Assembly (NCBI GenBank): GCA_000697335.1
Contig: JNEM01013441.1
Coordinates: 50,631-70,630 of the forward strand
Origin: Conidiobolus incongruus B7586
Taxonomy: Eukaryota
DNA: 20,000 bases
Direction of reading: 5' to 3'
In this document: piece after piece, positions 1 through 12,100 of the stretch
Layout of the letters: each line of letters starts with the position of its first letter
Numbering within the stretch: the stretch's first letter is position 1
The notes under the pieces: generated by a model
What the model was told of the DNA's origin: nothing
Database searches by the model: none
The model's input: the letters and a program-made list of their open reading frames with translations, nothing else
Made by a program: the position numbers and the translations under genes

Positions 1-569
1 TGAATTTTATCTATTAAATAAATGAAATATTATTGCATAGAATTATGTGCTTAAATCATCTGATTTAGAAAATTTCCTATTTCTATAAATACTACTCATA
101 TGATTTAAGTTCAATTCGATTAATTTAAATATTGAATAGTATTTAAACCTGATCATTTACCAATTCCAAGTTGAATGATCTCATATTAACTGTGTATTCC
201 AAGTACATCATCCATTCAAAATTTGGAATATTAGATACCTTGTCATATACTAATTGTAATTAATTAAGTCCAATTTTGATTCTCTATCTTTTCATTGAGT
301 AAAAACAATATTAACAGTAAGACAATTTTTTAATTTTTATTCAATGAGATGAAACTATTTATAACCTCAAAATCAACTTGCTATTTTTCAGACAGTTTTA
401 TTCCTAATTCTGATAGAGTTTCCCTTTTAATATTCTTGTTTAATCTGCCATTAATTACCATTGTATTTGTCTGAGTTTCACTATCCATCATTCCTCAATT
501 CTTTAACATATTAATTAATTCATATATAAATACTTCATAAGACTTATTATTCTGTATTTTAACTAGATT

Positions 570-3513
570 ATGTGCTTTTGCGGAATGGCGCTTTTTCCAT
601 CGAAACACGCTACTCTAATCAATAACTGTTACCCAAGTCAACCTGGGGACTTTATTCCTAAATCTAATGAACTATCTTACTTACAATTTTATGCCAATTC
701 AAGACCTGAAAAACTTACTAAAGTAGGTGTATTCTTAGAGAAAAAAATTGTCTCTGACTTATGGAAGAAGCGAAATGAGTAAGTTTTAATATAATTTTTT
801 TTTTGATAATATTTTCAAACGTTTAAATTTTAATTATATAGTCATGTTCACGTTTCTTTATCTATTTGGAAATCACTCATTACTTCTAATCCTTCTCAAA
901 TCAATTTATTCGCTGACCCTTTTTTAAAATCTATTTATAATATTATATCTTCTAATGATTTATCTCTATTACCAGTTGCAACTGAAACGGTAATTTAATA
1001 TATTAATTCATATTTAGTTATTTTTCTTTTTTTATCTAATTATATGTTTTTTTATTTAGTTAAATACTTTCTACCAAGTTAAAGGCAAACATGTGATTAA
1101 TTCAGACCCTGAGATAGCTGATTGTAACTTAAAAATACTCAACTTTTACTCAGATTATGCTTCAAGTGAAAACCATGATACTTCTTCGAAATTAGCTCAA
1201 CGTTATTATGGCATTTGGGGACTTTTAGGTATTTCCCAATCTGAAGAATCCCTTTCTTCAGATAGTCAAGTCTATTTAGAACGAATTGTTCCTTCTATTT
1301 TAAAAAACGCTATTAAACCCATTTTAGAAGCTGAAAAACTTGAAGAAAAAATGATTATTCCTGAAGACTTAAAGCCTCCTACTAATATTTCTCCAGACGA
1401 TATTAACCGCTTGGCTTCTTATGGACTCAATCAGCTTCTTTGCGGCGGATCCGTCATTCATGTAAAAACCGTGATGGAACTCATACTCAAATATTTAGAT
1501 AGTGAAAATGTTTGGGGTCATGAAAAACATGTTACAGATCTTTTACAATTGACATCCAATTCTGTCCAACACCAATATGGCTACATTCCAGTTGCTACAG
1601 TATTAAGACATTTTGAAATGGATCACCCTCAGCATAACGATGGAAACTCCAAACAGGAAGAAAACCTCCAAAACTCCACCCATATTCTAAAAACTAAAAC
1701 CTTGATCACCGCTCTTGCCTCACTCTTATCAAATAGAAAAAGTTATGTCGGCATTTCTATTTTGGAAATTTTGAATACTTTAATTATCCAGTTGCTGATC
1801 CAAGAGAAAGTGATACACGATGTTGAAAACCAGAAATCATCCCCTGAGAAATGTAGTCTTAAAGATTTGAAGTGTTTACAAACTAGAACCATTGAATCCA
1901 TTTCCAGTCTTGGAACTCATATTTATTATAGTGACCAGATAATCGATATCTTAAGCTTTTTAACTAACAAACTCAAGGTTAATTCCAGTGTTCCTCACAC
2001 TAGTGACAATGAAATTGACCATAATCGTATCGTAATCCTAAAGACAATGACTGAGATCATCAGACAGTTCCATACCCACTATCCTCAAATGGATCCTCCT
2101 CCAAAATGCAACCTCTCCCTTTCCATCCTTAACCCCCTCTTCACCCTCTTTACATGCAACGACCCTCTCACAAAGTTCCGTCTCAAAGAATTTCTCGTTG
2201 AGCTCACAAACAATTTGAGTTTCTATTCCCGTATGGGCACAATTCATGATATTGAATTTGTCAATTCTCTCAATCAAAATATCTACCAGTACATCCGAAG
2301 CATCCAACCTTCCAATTGGATTGACTTGGTGATTATTTTCCAAATACTTGAAGTTATGTATCCTGCTTTCGGAGATCATGGATTATTTTCAGTGATTCCT
2401 CTTCTATTCAAATTTCAGGTATTTCATTTTATTTAACTCAATATTACTTTTCTAATCATGTTATAGGATATGGATCCCGATATCGAAGATGTTCTTTTAT
2501 ATAAGCACACTTTGCTCCACAATCTAGTTAATATTCACTTTGACAATCTCGGAACTAAATTAAACAATAATGAGTTGAAAGAATACTGTAAATCAATTCA
2601 ATCTTTAAAACAATCCGACCATCAATGTATTCCCAATCTTTCTGAACTAATGACTGACCCCAATCTTGAGCAAAAATGGGATTTACCCCTGGAACACGCA
2701 ATTGCACTCGAAGGAGGTCAGATTGAAAAAAGTGAAGCTTTGAACTTGGTAAGAGGTAGTCATTTACTAGATCGTCAAAAGGTTATTTCAATCTTATTGA
2801 ACGACGTTACACTTAAACCCAATATTACCAAAGAAGTGAAACTTAAACTTTCCCAAGAATATAACCCAGAAAAGGCTCAACTTGGTAAGATATATTCATG
2901 TTTTCACATTCATTTTATCTTACAATTTCATTTAATAGAATTCCAACAAAGTAAATATAGGATCAGATCTTCTACAACTTTTAGAACTAAATCTAAACCT
3001 TCTTCACCAGTAATCTCTTTTATTTACTTTCTCCAAGTTTAAAATTAATCATTTTCTATAAACCATTAGAAAAGTCCAGCTGGTATTCCTAACACCAATG
3101 TTGAACCAGTCAAGATCCTTAAGGTTGAAAGTTTAAAAGAAGCATTAAGTATGTTTTATTAACCCTATAATTTGACATATATTCTAACAAATTTGACATT
3201 TAGATCCACTTTATACTACTGAAGGAAGCAGTGATATGGATTCCGATTCAGATATTCAAGCAACTTCCCTTTATAACTCCAGAAGGGTAATTGATCTCAT
3301 CTTTTCTTATTGTATGATAATTAATTATTTTTAGTCTCCAAGAGAAAATTCACGAGCTGATGTTAACAGTCTTTTGAAAACAATCAATGGATCTCAAACA
3401 ACTGGAAGGTAAAACTCAATTCAAATATTTTATTTTTATAGTAAATCTAATTATTATATAGGAGAAGTAATATTTCTCTTGTCAATGGACCCAACTTTCC
3501 ATATAATCATTAA
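570..3513 (+). CDS. EFR3: EFR3 family protein (plasma-membrane scaffold of the PI4-kinase Stt4/PI4KIIIalpha complex); 9 exons, about 830 aa
   Basis: The N-terminus (PSKHATLINNCYP...PKSNELSYLQFYANSRPEKLTKVGVFLEKKI) matches the conserved EFR3 N-terminus; internal LGTHIYYSDQIIDI and late KVESLKEAL/DVNSLLKTI also resemble fungal Efr3. Manual splicing with GT-AG introns keeps one open frame. Exons: 570-778, 842-989, 1060-2418, 2467-2884, 2939-3009, 3070-3148, 3204-3286, 3335-3408, 3462-3513 (2493 nt, ends ...GPNFPYNH*). Introns are 63, 70, 48, 54, 60, 55, 48 and 53 nt, several with CTAAT/CTAAC branch-like sites. This model joins track ORFs 570..782, 1093..2436 and 2470..3042. The last few small exons are less certain. 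Confidence 0.88.
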
Positions 3514-5400
3514 GACACTATTTAATCCAACACCCACCACTCCTCCCGTTCGTTCCCTCCCTCTCTTCTCTTACAACTCACCATCGTTATAAATTCCGCC
3601 ATCTATTCCTAATGTTTTATTATTGATTTAATCAGTTTATCATTAATCACCATCAATACTAACTAAACTATATTCTTTATTAAAATACAATACGAATTCA
3701 TTCTAAATATTTATTATCAAATTATTATATATTACATCATTTTAAAATATCTCTAATTCCCACTTAATATCTTGAAATCAAATTCTTTAGTAAATTTTTT
3801 GAATCGCTTATTATTTCATGAGAAAAATTTGTTAATCAAATTATCCAATTTCATGAACATGTAATGTGTTTATATTCTCTATAAAATTAAAAAGTATAAA
3901 TATTGTTTTTATCGTTGAATTAATTTGAAAATATTTTCTTAATTCATGAATTCAAACAAATTATTACAATTATTTTTAATTGAGTATCCTTTAATATTTA
4001 TAATAATTTCAATATAAATTTCAATTGATCTGAATAACATTCAAAAATTGAAATGTTATTTTTTTATTCATATTATATTAGCACAATTGTAACAAATATA
4101 GTTTTTTTAAATATAAACTATTAATTTAAATCAATAAAATTTTAATATTGAAAAAAAAATAAATTGCTCCTATTAAAGTTTCATATTAACTTCAAACTTT
4201 GATTAAAAAATAAATAATATTAGTTGTCATAATGCGATAAAGTGATAAATTATATATATTTAAAATAAATTAATCCATCTAAAATTATACATTGATACTT
4301 TTGTTAACTATTCACTATTCGTTTTCAATCAATTCATTTAAATACTTAAACTATTTAACAAAATGTAAATATATTCATCATTGAAATTGAATACTATTAT
4401 TTAATATGGATAGTAGTTATAATAAAAATATATTTAATACAATATATTTTATTTTTAGGAAATTGAATCTAGACTTATACCACATTGGTCATAAATTCAT
4501 CATGACCCTTGATAATATATATTTTAAAACATGCTCAATTATTAATTTTGAGGTTTTTATATTTTAACAAGGAACCATATTTAATATGTTTAATAATTAA
4601 TATTTTTGAAATTAAAGAAAAAAAAATAATCTTTTAATACAATAATTTAAATTCACTATTAGTTCATATTGAATAATTTTCATTTTATAGTCAATATAAT
4701 CAATTTTATTATATAGAAAAAATTATATATTGATGTATTATTAATTTATATTGAAAATAAAGTAAAATATATTTTATTTATAATATAACTCAGTTTTCAT
4801 ACTCAAACTGCATTTATTCAATATTAAAAAATTTGGAAAAATTAAAGAATATATATCATATAAATGATATTGAAAATTGTTTTAAAATATTATAATATAT
4901 ATATAGGAAGGTAATTAAAATTTTGATAATTCTCAAACTTTAATTGCTAAAAATTAACAATTAGAATAATTATAATATATCAAATATTGTATTCACTGTT
5001 TATTTTAATGTAAATATATTGACATTATAATTCTTTATAATTCCTATTTTTATAAAATATACCTGAAAACTTTTAAATTATTATATACTAAAATAATATT
5101 TTATATTTTAATCAAGCATTTTTAATACTCATAAAATTTGAAAGTGAAACAATATAGTAATCATAATCAACTTCAAATTTTATCATTTTAATTACTTTAA
5201 CTAATCTTGAAAATAATTTTATGTGTACATATGTCACTTAACAAAGCAATTATATCAAACTAAATTTAACCAGCTTCATTTTCAAATTGATATATATATA
5301 TTATATAAACCTTGTTCAATATGATTTGTAATTCAAAAGATTTTAAATCAAAAAATTCTTTTTTCAATTTGTATAATTATTTAATCTTTAATAAAATTAA

Positions 5401-5426
5401 ATATATATATATATATATATATATAT
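5401..5426. repeat. (AT)13 microsatellite
   Basis: Perfect AT dinucleotide run read directly; a short (TTA)n run follows at about 5467-5483. Confidence 0.9.
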
Positions 5427-5890
5427 TTAATTTATTATATGAATATTTAATAAAAATATTATTTATATTATTATTATTATTATTGTTAATAAAATTATTT
5501 TTTTATATCAAAATAATATTTTAAATTTTTTTTGTTAATAATACAGAAATGGTTTGTAATCGTTAATAAAGGTAATATAATTATTGAATTTGAAATTAAT
5601 TATTAATAATATCACTAATTTATTATTTATTTGCCAATTTAATAATATTTTAGAGTATAATTGTAGAAGTTTAAATATTGAAACGAATAAAATAATAATT
5701 ATTAAAGAAATGAGAGAAAAGAAAATGAAGAGATTGAAAGATTAAAATAAATTGGAAAAGAAATGATATTATATTAAATTGAAAAAAAGATTATAAGAGT
5801 AAAGTATAAAAAAATGAAAATGAAAATTTGAGAAAATAAACATGTAATATATGAAACATTTATATTATAATATTATGATATTAACTTTAA

Positions 5891-5962
5891 GACGTGTTGG
5901 CGCAATGGTAGCGCGTCCGCCTCCAGAGCGGAAGGCTGGGAGTTCGAGTCTCTCACGCGTCA
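5891..5962 (+). tRNA. tRNA-Trp (anticodon CCA), intronless, 72 nt
   Basis: Folds as a cloverleaf. Acceptor stem GACGTGT/ACGCGTC; D-arm GCGC-AATGGTA-GCGC; anticodon arm TCCGC-CTCCAGA-GCGGA with CCA at 5923-5925; T-arm GGGAG-TTCGAGT-CTCTC; discriminator A. No encoded 3' CCA. It is a GC-rich island in very AT-rich DNA. Confidence 0.96.
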
Positions 5963-5969
5963 TTTTTTT
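5963..5969 (+). terminator. RNA polymerase III oligo-dT terminator of tRNA-Trp
   Basis: T7 run immediately after the discriminator base. Confidence 0.8.
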
Positions 5970-6994
5970 ATCTAATTTTTTCGTTAATACCCTATTTATT
6001 TGAATATATTTGTTGTAATTTTACTATTTATTTTGATCATTTATATCTACTTTTTCTCTTTATTGCTTTGTATATTTTAACTATAATTCGCAAATGATAT
6101 ATATACATATGTTGAATAATATATGATATTTTTATTTTTATTTTTTTATCGATATTAATAAATGATTTAGTTTAATTTAATATAATTATTTAAATTTGAT
6201 TTTATATCTCTGATTATTAAGAATTTTATTAATTACCTTTTGAAATTACTATGTTGATAAATTGAATATTAATTATCAATAGTTAAAATGCACAAAATTA
6301 ATAAAATTTATTATAACAAATTTATGGTAACTATTTTTTAAAAGATCATATAAATAGTAATTTAAATTTTTTTGAATTTTCAAAATATATCACCTTCATA
6401 ATGTGCGAATAACAAAATATAATATTATTGAATCATATAGTATTTTTTTAAAATCTACCTTTTTATAATAAATATTATTTCAGCATTTCATACTTTCAAT
6501 TTTAATAATTAATTATTTTCATTTTGATATTCACTAATTCCATAAATCAAGACTGGATATTAATTATAAAAAAGTTTAGATATTTCTAATATTTAATTGA
6601 ACAAATAGATTTGATTGTTAAAATATTCTTTTATAAATATTACCAATTACACAATACCAAACTATATCTTCAAATAATAGAGAGATATATTTTAAATTTG
6701 AAGCAATTTTCAGGGTATTCATTTTTGCGATATATTTTCAACAAGAAGATTTTGAATAATAATATAGCCAAATTTAATAATATTAAAAAAATACCCTTAA
6801 AATGGATTATTACGTCAGTTGTCATTAGTATTAAGATTGATTAATAGAAATCATACAATTCATCAAAAATGTGATAGTTAAAATATTACTTGATTATGAC
6901 TCAAAAACGGTTTAGGAGTATGGATGAAATATGAAATTTGACTAGAATAAGTCCAGAGTTCATTCCTAAAACTGGTTGATATCTCTAAAATCTT

Positions 6995-7018
6995 AGCTGC
7001 GCTTCGTGTAACCCTAGT
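6995..7018 (+). mobile_element. Possible decayed Helitron 3' terminus (GC-rich hairpin followed by CTAG|T)
   Basis: AGCTGCGC-TTC-GTGTAACC-CTAG-T. Four transitions would restore a perfect GGCTGCGC-TTC-GCGCAGCC hairpin. The sequence becomes nearly pure A/T just after CTAGT. No RepHel coding remnant was recognised. Confidence 0.3.
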
Positions 7019-8914
7019 AATTTAATTTTTTTAAATAATAAAACCTGAATTTGGATTAAGATAATTAGTTGAAATTTGATTATTTAGTTATAAGTTGAAT
7101 TTTATATATTTTTAATAAATTAAATTTATTTTTTGTTGAAAATTATGGAAGTATTGGATGTTAAAATAATATAAATCACTTTTATTGATGTTCTATATAG
7201 CATATTTATAACGCCGAAAACATTTTCATAATAATGCTAAGCTAATAATGCATTGAAATAGGCAAAAAATTGAATAATCAAAAATTATTCCAATAATTGC
7301 CAGAGCACCAGAATCTTTCCTTAAATTTTGCCTAATTCAATTTAAATTTCGTGCTAAGGCAAAGAGGCAAATGAATAAACACCTCCTTTATTGAATTAAA
7401 AGCTCAGGATACAGTTTAATTGGTTCAATTTTTCAATATGATTTCATCTATAAGAAACGTGAGAATTATTAAATATTTGGCTTATGTTTAATTTATTGAT
7501 TAATATCCAAGTCTTTATATTTCATCAATATTAAAATATTCAAATCTTAAAGTGATAATTGAAATATATCATAAGAGCTAGTGAATCGATGAATGATTAA
7601 AATAATGGAAAAAGTTTCATATTTAATAATTTCCATAACATTGGTTCAAGTTACACAACTTTTGATCATTTTATTTTGGGTTTTAGTTTTTTAGTTTTTT
7701 AGTTTAGATTAAAAGGTCAATAATTGAATAAAAAAATCGGGGATCTTTGATTATTTGTTAATGAATACTTTTTGATTATGTATACCTGTTATTCGTAACT
7801 AAAGAGGTTATTACCAAAAGCTGTTCAACCGAGTACTCGATACTTGTCAATCAAACTTAGATTTTCTCAGAGTAGATGATCAATGATTGTTATGTGGAGC
7901 TCTGTCCAACTTATTTCTCCAAATTCAAAAAGTTTTAGGATAATATTGGGTGGATTAGATATTGGTTGAATTTTTCTTATCTTATTGTAATTCCCCAAAT
8001 TGCTGGCATTTTAATTCAGTCATCATATTTGAGTAATAAGCACAGTTTTATTAATTATTTTATCAAGATTTTATTAGGATTTTTCAAAAATATTCATTTA
8101 ACAAGTGATTTTTATGTTTCTTAAAAATAATAAATATCCATATTGGGTAAAACTATTATAGATAAAAAAAGATGATAAAATGAAAAAAATTGTCAAATTT
8201 AGACAAATTTTCAAGATGTCAGAAATTACTCAATTTGCTTAACTCTTCACCACACTAGCTTAGCTAGATTACACATTTAGTATTGAATTCTTTTAAAATT
8301 CTTAGTATTCTGTCATTTTAAAATATATCGGTATTGATATATTAAATAGATTACTAAGTTCGATACTATGGAATATATATTAATAATTTTTGATACTTGA
8401 TAAAGTTAGTGAGAGATAGTACTCTTTTAGTATTTTGTTTACCAAAACGTGAATGGATCAGATTAAATTTTTTAGAATAATTGCCAAGTCAAGCTTCATG
8501 TTTGGAATATGTTTAAATGAATAGTATATAGATATTCAATTAAATAATTAGTTTACTGAGATAGTATTCATGTACACAAATTATGTATTATAATGTTAAA
8601 TCAATATTGTTATAATTTTTCAAATATTATATTTGATTTGATAAATGATATAATTTAATTTAAATTATTATATAAATTAATTATAGATTAAAATTAGTTC
8701 AACTCCCCTTAATTTTGGTGTCCTACCCTAAGATTCTCCCTCGGCAGTTAAATTTAGCATAATCAACCAATGGAATGATAAAATATTAAAATCTGTGATA
8801 TGGTTACCAATAGAATTAATGTTAATCCTGGGAAATTTTATCATTTTCATCATCCATAATATTGTTAAATCAACCAAATCTCTAAATCCAACAGATAGTA
8901 ACTTTGGGTTACAT

Positions 8915-8922
8915 TATATAAA
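8915..8922 (+). promoter_or_regulatory. Putative TATA box of the P-type ATPase gene
   Basis: TATATAAA about 200 nt upstream of the ATG at 9123, followed by a pyrimidine-rich tract (CCTTCGTTTTCTCCTCAC). The AT-rich background limits specificity. Confidence 0.45.
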
Positions 8923-9122
8923 CCTTCGTTTTCTCCTCACTGCACCCAAATAATTCACAGAAAAACAAAAGACCTCAATCGTCTCTTCTTTTATTTTATC
9001 TAATTGATCATTAAGACCCAACTGCCTTTGGTGTAGTCGGGTCCTTGGAATATTTGTACTTTAATTGATTGAATCAATTATTCATTTTCCAGTTTATTCA
9101 GTTCGCTTAATTAATCTGCTCA

Positions 9123-12100
9123 ATGTCCAAACCTGCCCCTAAAAAGAACGTCAATATTGACGAGCACTTGCTACCCTTGGAGGAGGTATGCAAGCGCTAT
9201 GGTACCGATGTCAACGCTCTCAAACCGGATCAGAGTCCAGGTTTGTCCGAAGCCAAGGCCAAAGAAGTGTTGGCTCAGAATGGCCCCAATATTCTGTCTC
9301 CTCCCAAGAAGGTGCACCCAATTGTCCGATTCCTCCACTGTTTGGGAGCTTTATTCAATTTGTTATTGATCTTAGCAGGTATTTTAACCTATGTGTTATA
9401 CGGTATCGATCCTAAGGAAAACGCTGCCAACGTTTACTTGGGTGGTATTTTGATTGGTGTAGCTTTCCTAAATGCACTGATCGAATTTGTTCAGCTTCAA
9501 AAGAGTGCTTCCGTTTTAGAGTCTTTTTTGAGTATGATCCCTCAACAGTGTCGCTTGGTCCGTGAAGGCAACTTGAAGCAAGGTGCTGCCGCTGATCTCG
9601 TCGTCGGTGATGTTGTATTCGTTAGAATGGGTGACAAAGTTCCCGCTGATTTGCTGCTCTTCCAGTGCAGTGAACTCAAAGTTGATAATTCTTCCTTAAC
9701 TGGTGAGTCTGAACCTCAAGAACGTCTTCCTACTAACGATATGCAGAATCCTTTGGAAGCTACTAATATTGCATTCAACGGAACTTTAGCCGTTGCTGGC
9801 GAAGGTTATGGTATTGTTATTCGCACTGGTGATTCAACCGTTTTAGGTCAAATTGCCGGTATGACTCAAGGTGAAAAGAAGAACCCAAGCCCTCTCTCCG
9901 TTGAAATCGACGTCTTCGTTAAAATTATTGCCAGTGTCGCCGCTACCACCGCTATCTTCTTCTTCTGTCTCAGTTTAGGTGTCGGTCGTAGTATTAATGC
10001 CACTTTGAACTTCTCCATCGGTGTTTTCGTTGCCTGGGTTCCTGAAGGTCTTCCTGCTACTGTCACCATGTTATTGACCCTTGCTGCCAAGAAAATGGCT
10101 AGTCAAAATGTATTGGTCAAGGATTTGAAGGGTGTTGAAACTTTGGGTGCTATTACATTGTTGGCTACGGATAAGACCGGTACTTTGACCCGTAACCAAA
10201 TGACCGTAACTAAAATCTGGTCCAATTTAACCATGTATTCCGCACTCCGTAACCTCCAAAACGCTAACAATCCCATCAGCGTTGATTCTCCTGGATTGAA
10301 GGAAATTATGATGAATTCCGCATTAAATTCCAGAGCCAAATTCGACCGTACTGATGTTCCTATTGAACAAAGAGAAATCATTGGTGATGCTACGGAATCT
10401 GGTTTAACCCGTTTTTCCGCTACCAATCTCGCCGATTTTGACAATAAGCCCGAACAACATCCTAAAGTCTTTGAAATCCCCTTCAACTCTGATAACAAGT
10501 GGGCTATGAGTATCAACATGGTAAGTCATGAAACTGGTGATTTGACTTTATACCTCAAGGGTGCTCCCGAAAGAGTCCTCCGACTTTGCTCCACCATCCT
10601 TATCAATAATCAAGCTATTGAACTCACCGAAGAACACAAAGCCCAATTCATGGAGACTTACGAATACATGGCTGGCCAAGGTCATCGTGTATTAGCTTTC
10701 GCTCAGCTCTTGCTCCCCAGAGATCAATACCCCAAGGATTACGTTTTCAACAAGAAGGAAAAGAACTACCCCACCAAGGATTTGACTTTTGTTGGTTTAG
10801 TCAGTTTGGAAGATCCTCCTAAGCACGGTGTCCGTGAAGCCATCGGTCGCTGCCGTACTGCTGGTATTCGTGTTATGATGGTTACTGGTGATCACCCTTT
10901 GACCGCTGAAGCCATTGGTCGCAAGATCAACTTAATGATTTCCGACACTAAAGAAAAGATTGCCAAGAAGACTAACCGTCCTATTGAATCTATTCCTGAA
11001 TCCGAAGTCAAAGCCATCGTCATTCACGGTGAACAGATCGATAGCTTAACTGATCAGGATTGGGCCAACATTTTCGATAAAGAAGAAATCATCTTTGCTC
11101 GTACTTCTCCCAAACACAAGCTCCAAATTGTCAAGCGTGCTCAATCTATTGGTCACATCGTTGGTGTCACTGGTGATGGTGTTAACGATTCTCCCGCTCT
11201 TAAGAAGGCTGATTTAGGTATTGCCATGAACGAATCTGGTTCTGATGTCTCCAAGGAAGCTGCTGCCATGATCTTGCTAGATGATAACTTCGCTAGTACT
11301 GTCAGAGGTATCGAAGAAGGTCGTCTCATCTTCTCTAACTTGAAAAAGAGTATCAAGTACACCGTTACTCACTCCATCCCCGAAGTTATTCCTCAATTGT
11401 TGTATATTATCGTCCCCATTCCTCTTCCCTTGAGTTCCATTTTGATTTTGGTTATTGACCTTGGCTTTGAATTGTTTGCTGCTCTTTCTTACGCCTGGGA
11501 CAAGCCTGAAAGCGAAACTGGTCTAATGAAATTACCTCCTCGTAAGCCCGTCACCCCTGGTACCATCGAAAGATTACACCGTCTCAAGTCCCGTGAACTC
11601 AAATTGGAAATTGATCCCGAAACTGGTGAAGAGATTCCCGCCTCTTGGTCTCAAAAATTGTCTCACAATATCTCCAGAATGTTTACTGCTGTTTATTGGA
11701 AGGAAAAATTCGAAAAGACTGAAGGTGAAGTTATGGTAGATGCCGGTTTGTTATCCTGGGGTTATCTTGAAGCTGGTGTGATTGAGGCTCTTACCGCTCA
11801 CATTGCCTACTTCTGGGTCCTTTCATCATTTGGTATTACTCCTTACGATGCTTGGAAGGCTCAAGGTAATCAAAGTGAATTCAAATACTGGACTTTGGAA
11901 GCTGCCAAATTGGTCACTTCCACGGGCGCTGTATTGGATGGTAAACAGCAAGTTGAAGCTTTAGCTCAAGCTCAGTCCATTTACTATCTCTCCATTATGA
12001 TTGCACAGGGTTTCAACTTGTTCGCTTGTAAGTCCAGGATTCGTTACCCATTCGGTAAGCACATGTTCACCAATCTCAAGAACTTCTATGGGTTAGCTAT

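Noticed and set aside
100..500. Short minus-strand reading frames upstream of EFR3 (e.g. MMDSETQTNTMVINGRL...)
   Set aside because: Under 40 codons, interrupted by stops, with no consistent splice model or recognisable homology.
2038..2379. 113-aa antisense ORF within EFR3 exon 3
   Set aside because: Antisense shadow of a coding exon with no independent support.
5312..5524. 70-aa ORF
   Set aside because: Non-ATG start; it is a translation of AT and TTA microsatellites (YIYIYI, LLLLL).
5891..5962. tRNA-Trp acting as a UGA suppressor that rescues the TGG->TGA stop at 19401 in the NRPS-like paralog
   Set aside because: The tRNA has a normal CCA anticodon and a full 5-bp anticodon stem. The paralog also has a TAG and a frameshift downstream, so readthrough would not restore it.
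6611..6844. 77-aa ORF
   Set aside because: Non-ATG start and I/K/N/F/Y-rich composition typical of random AT-rich DNA; no recognisable domain, including no Helitron RepHel motif.
8483..8488. GCCAAG, a PacC/Rim101-type site upstream of the cation pump
   Set aside because: Biologically attractive for a pH-regulated pump, but a single 6-mer in several kb is not evidence without conservation data.
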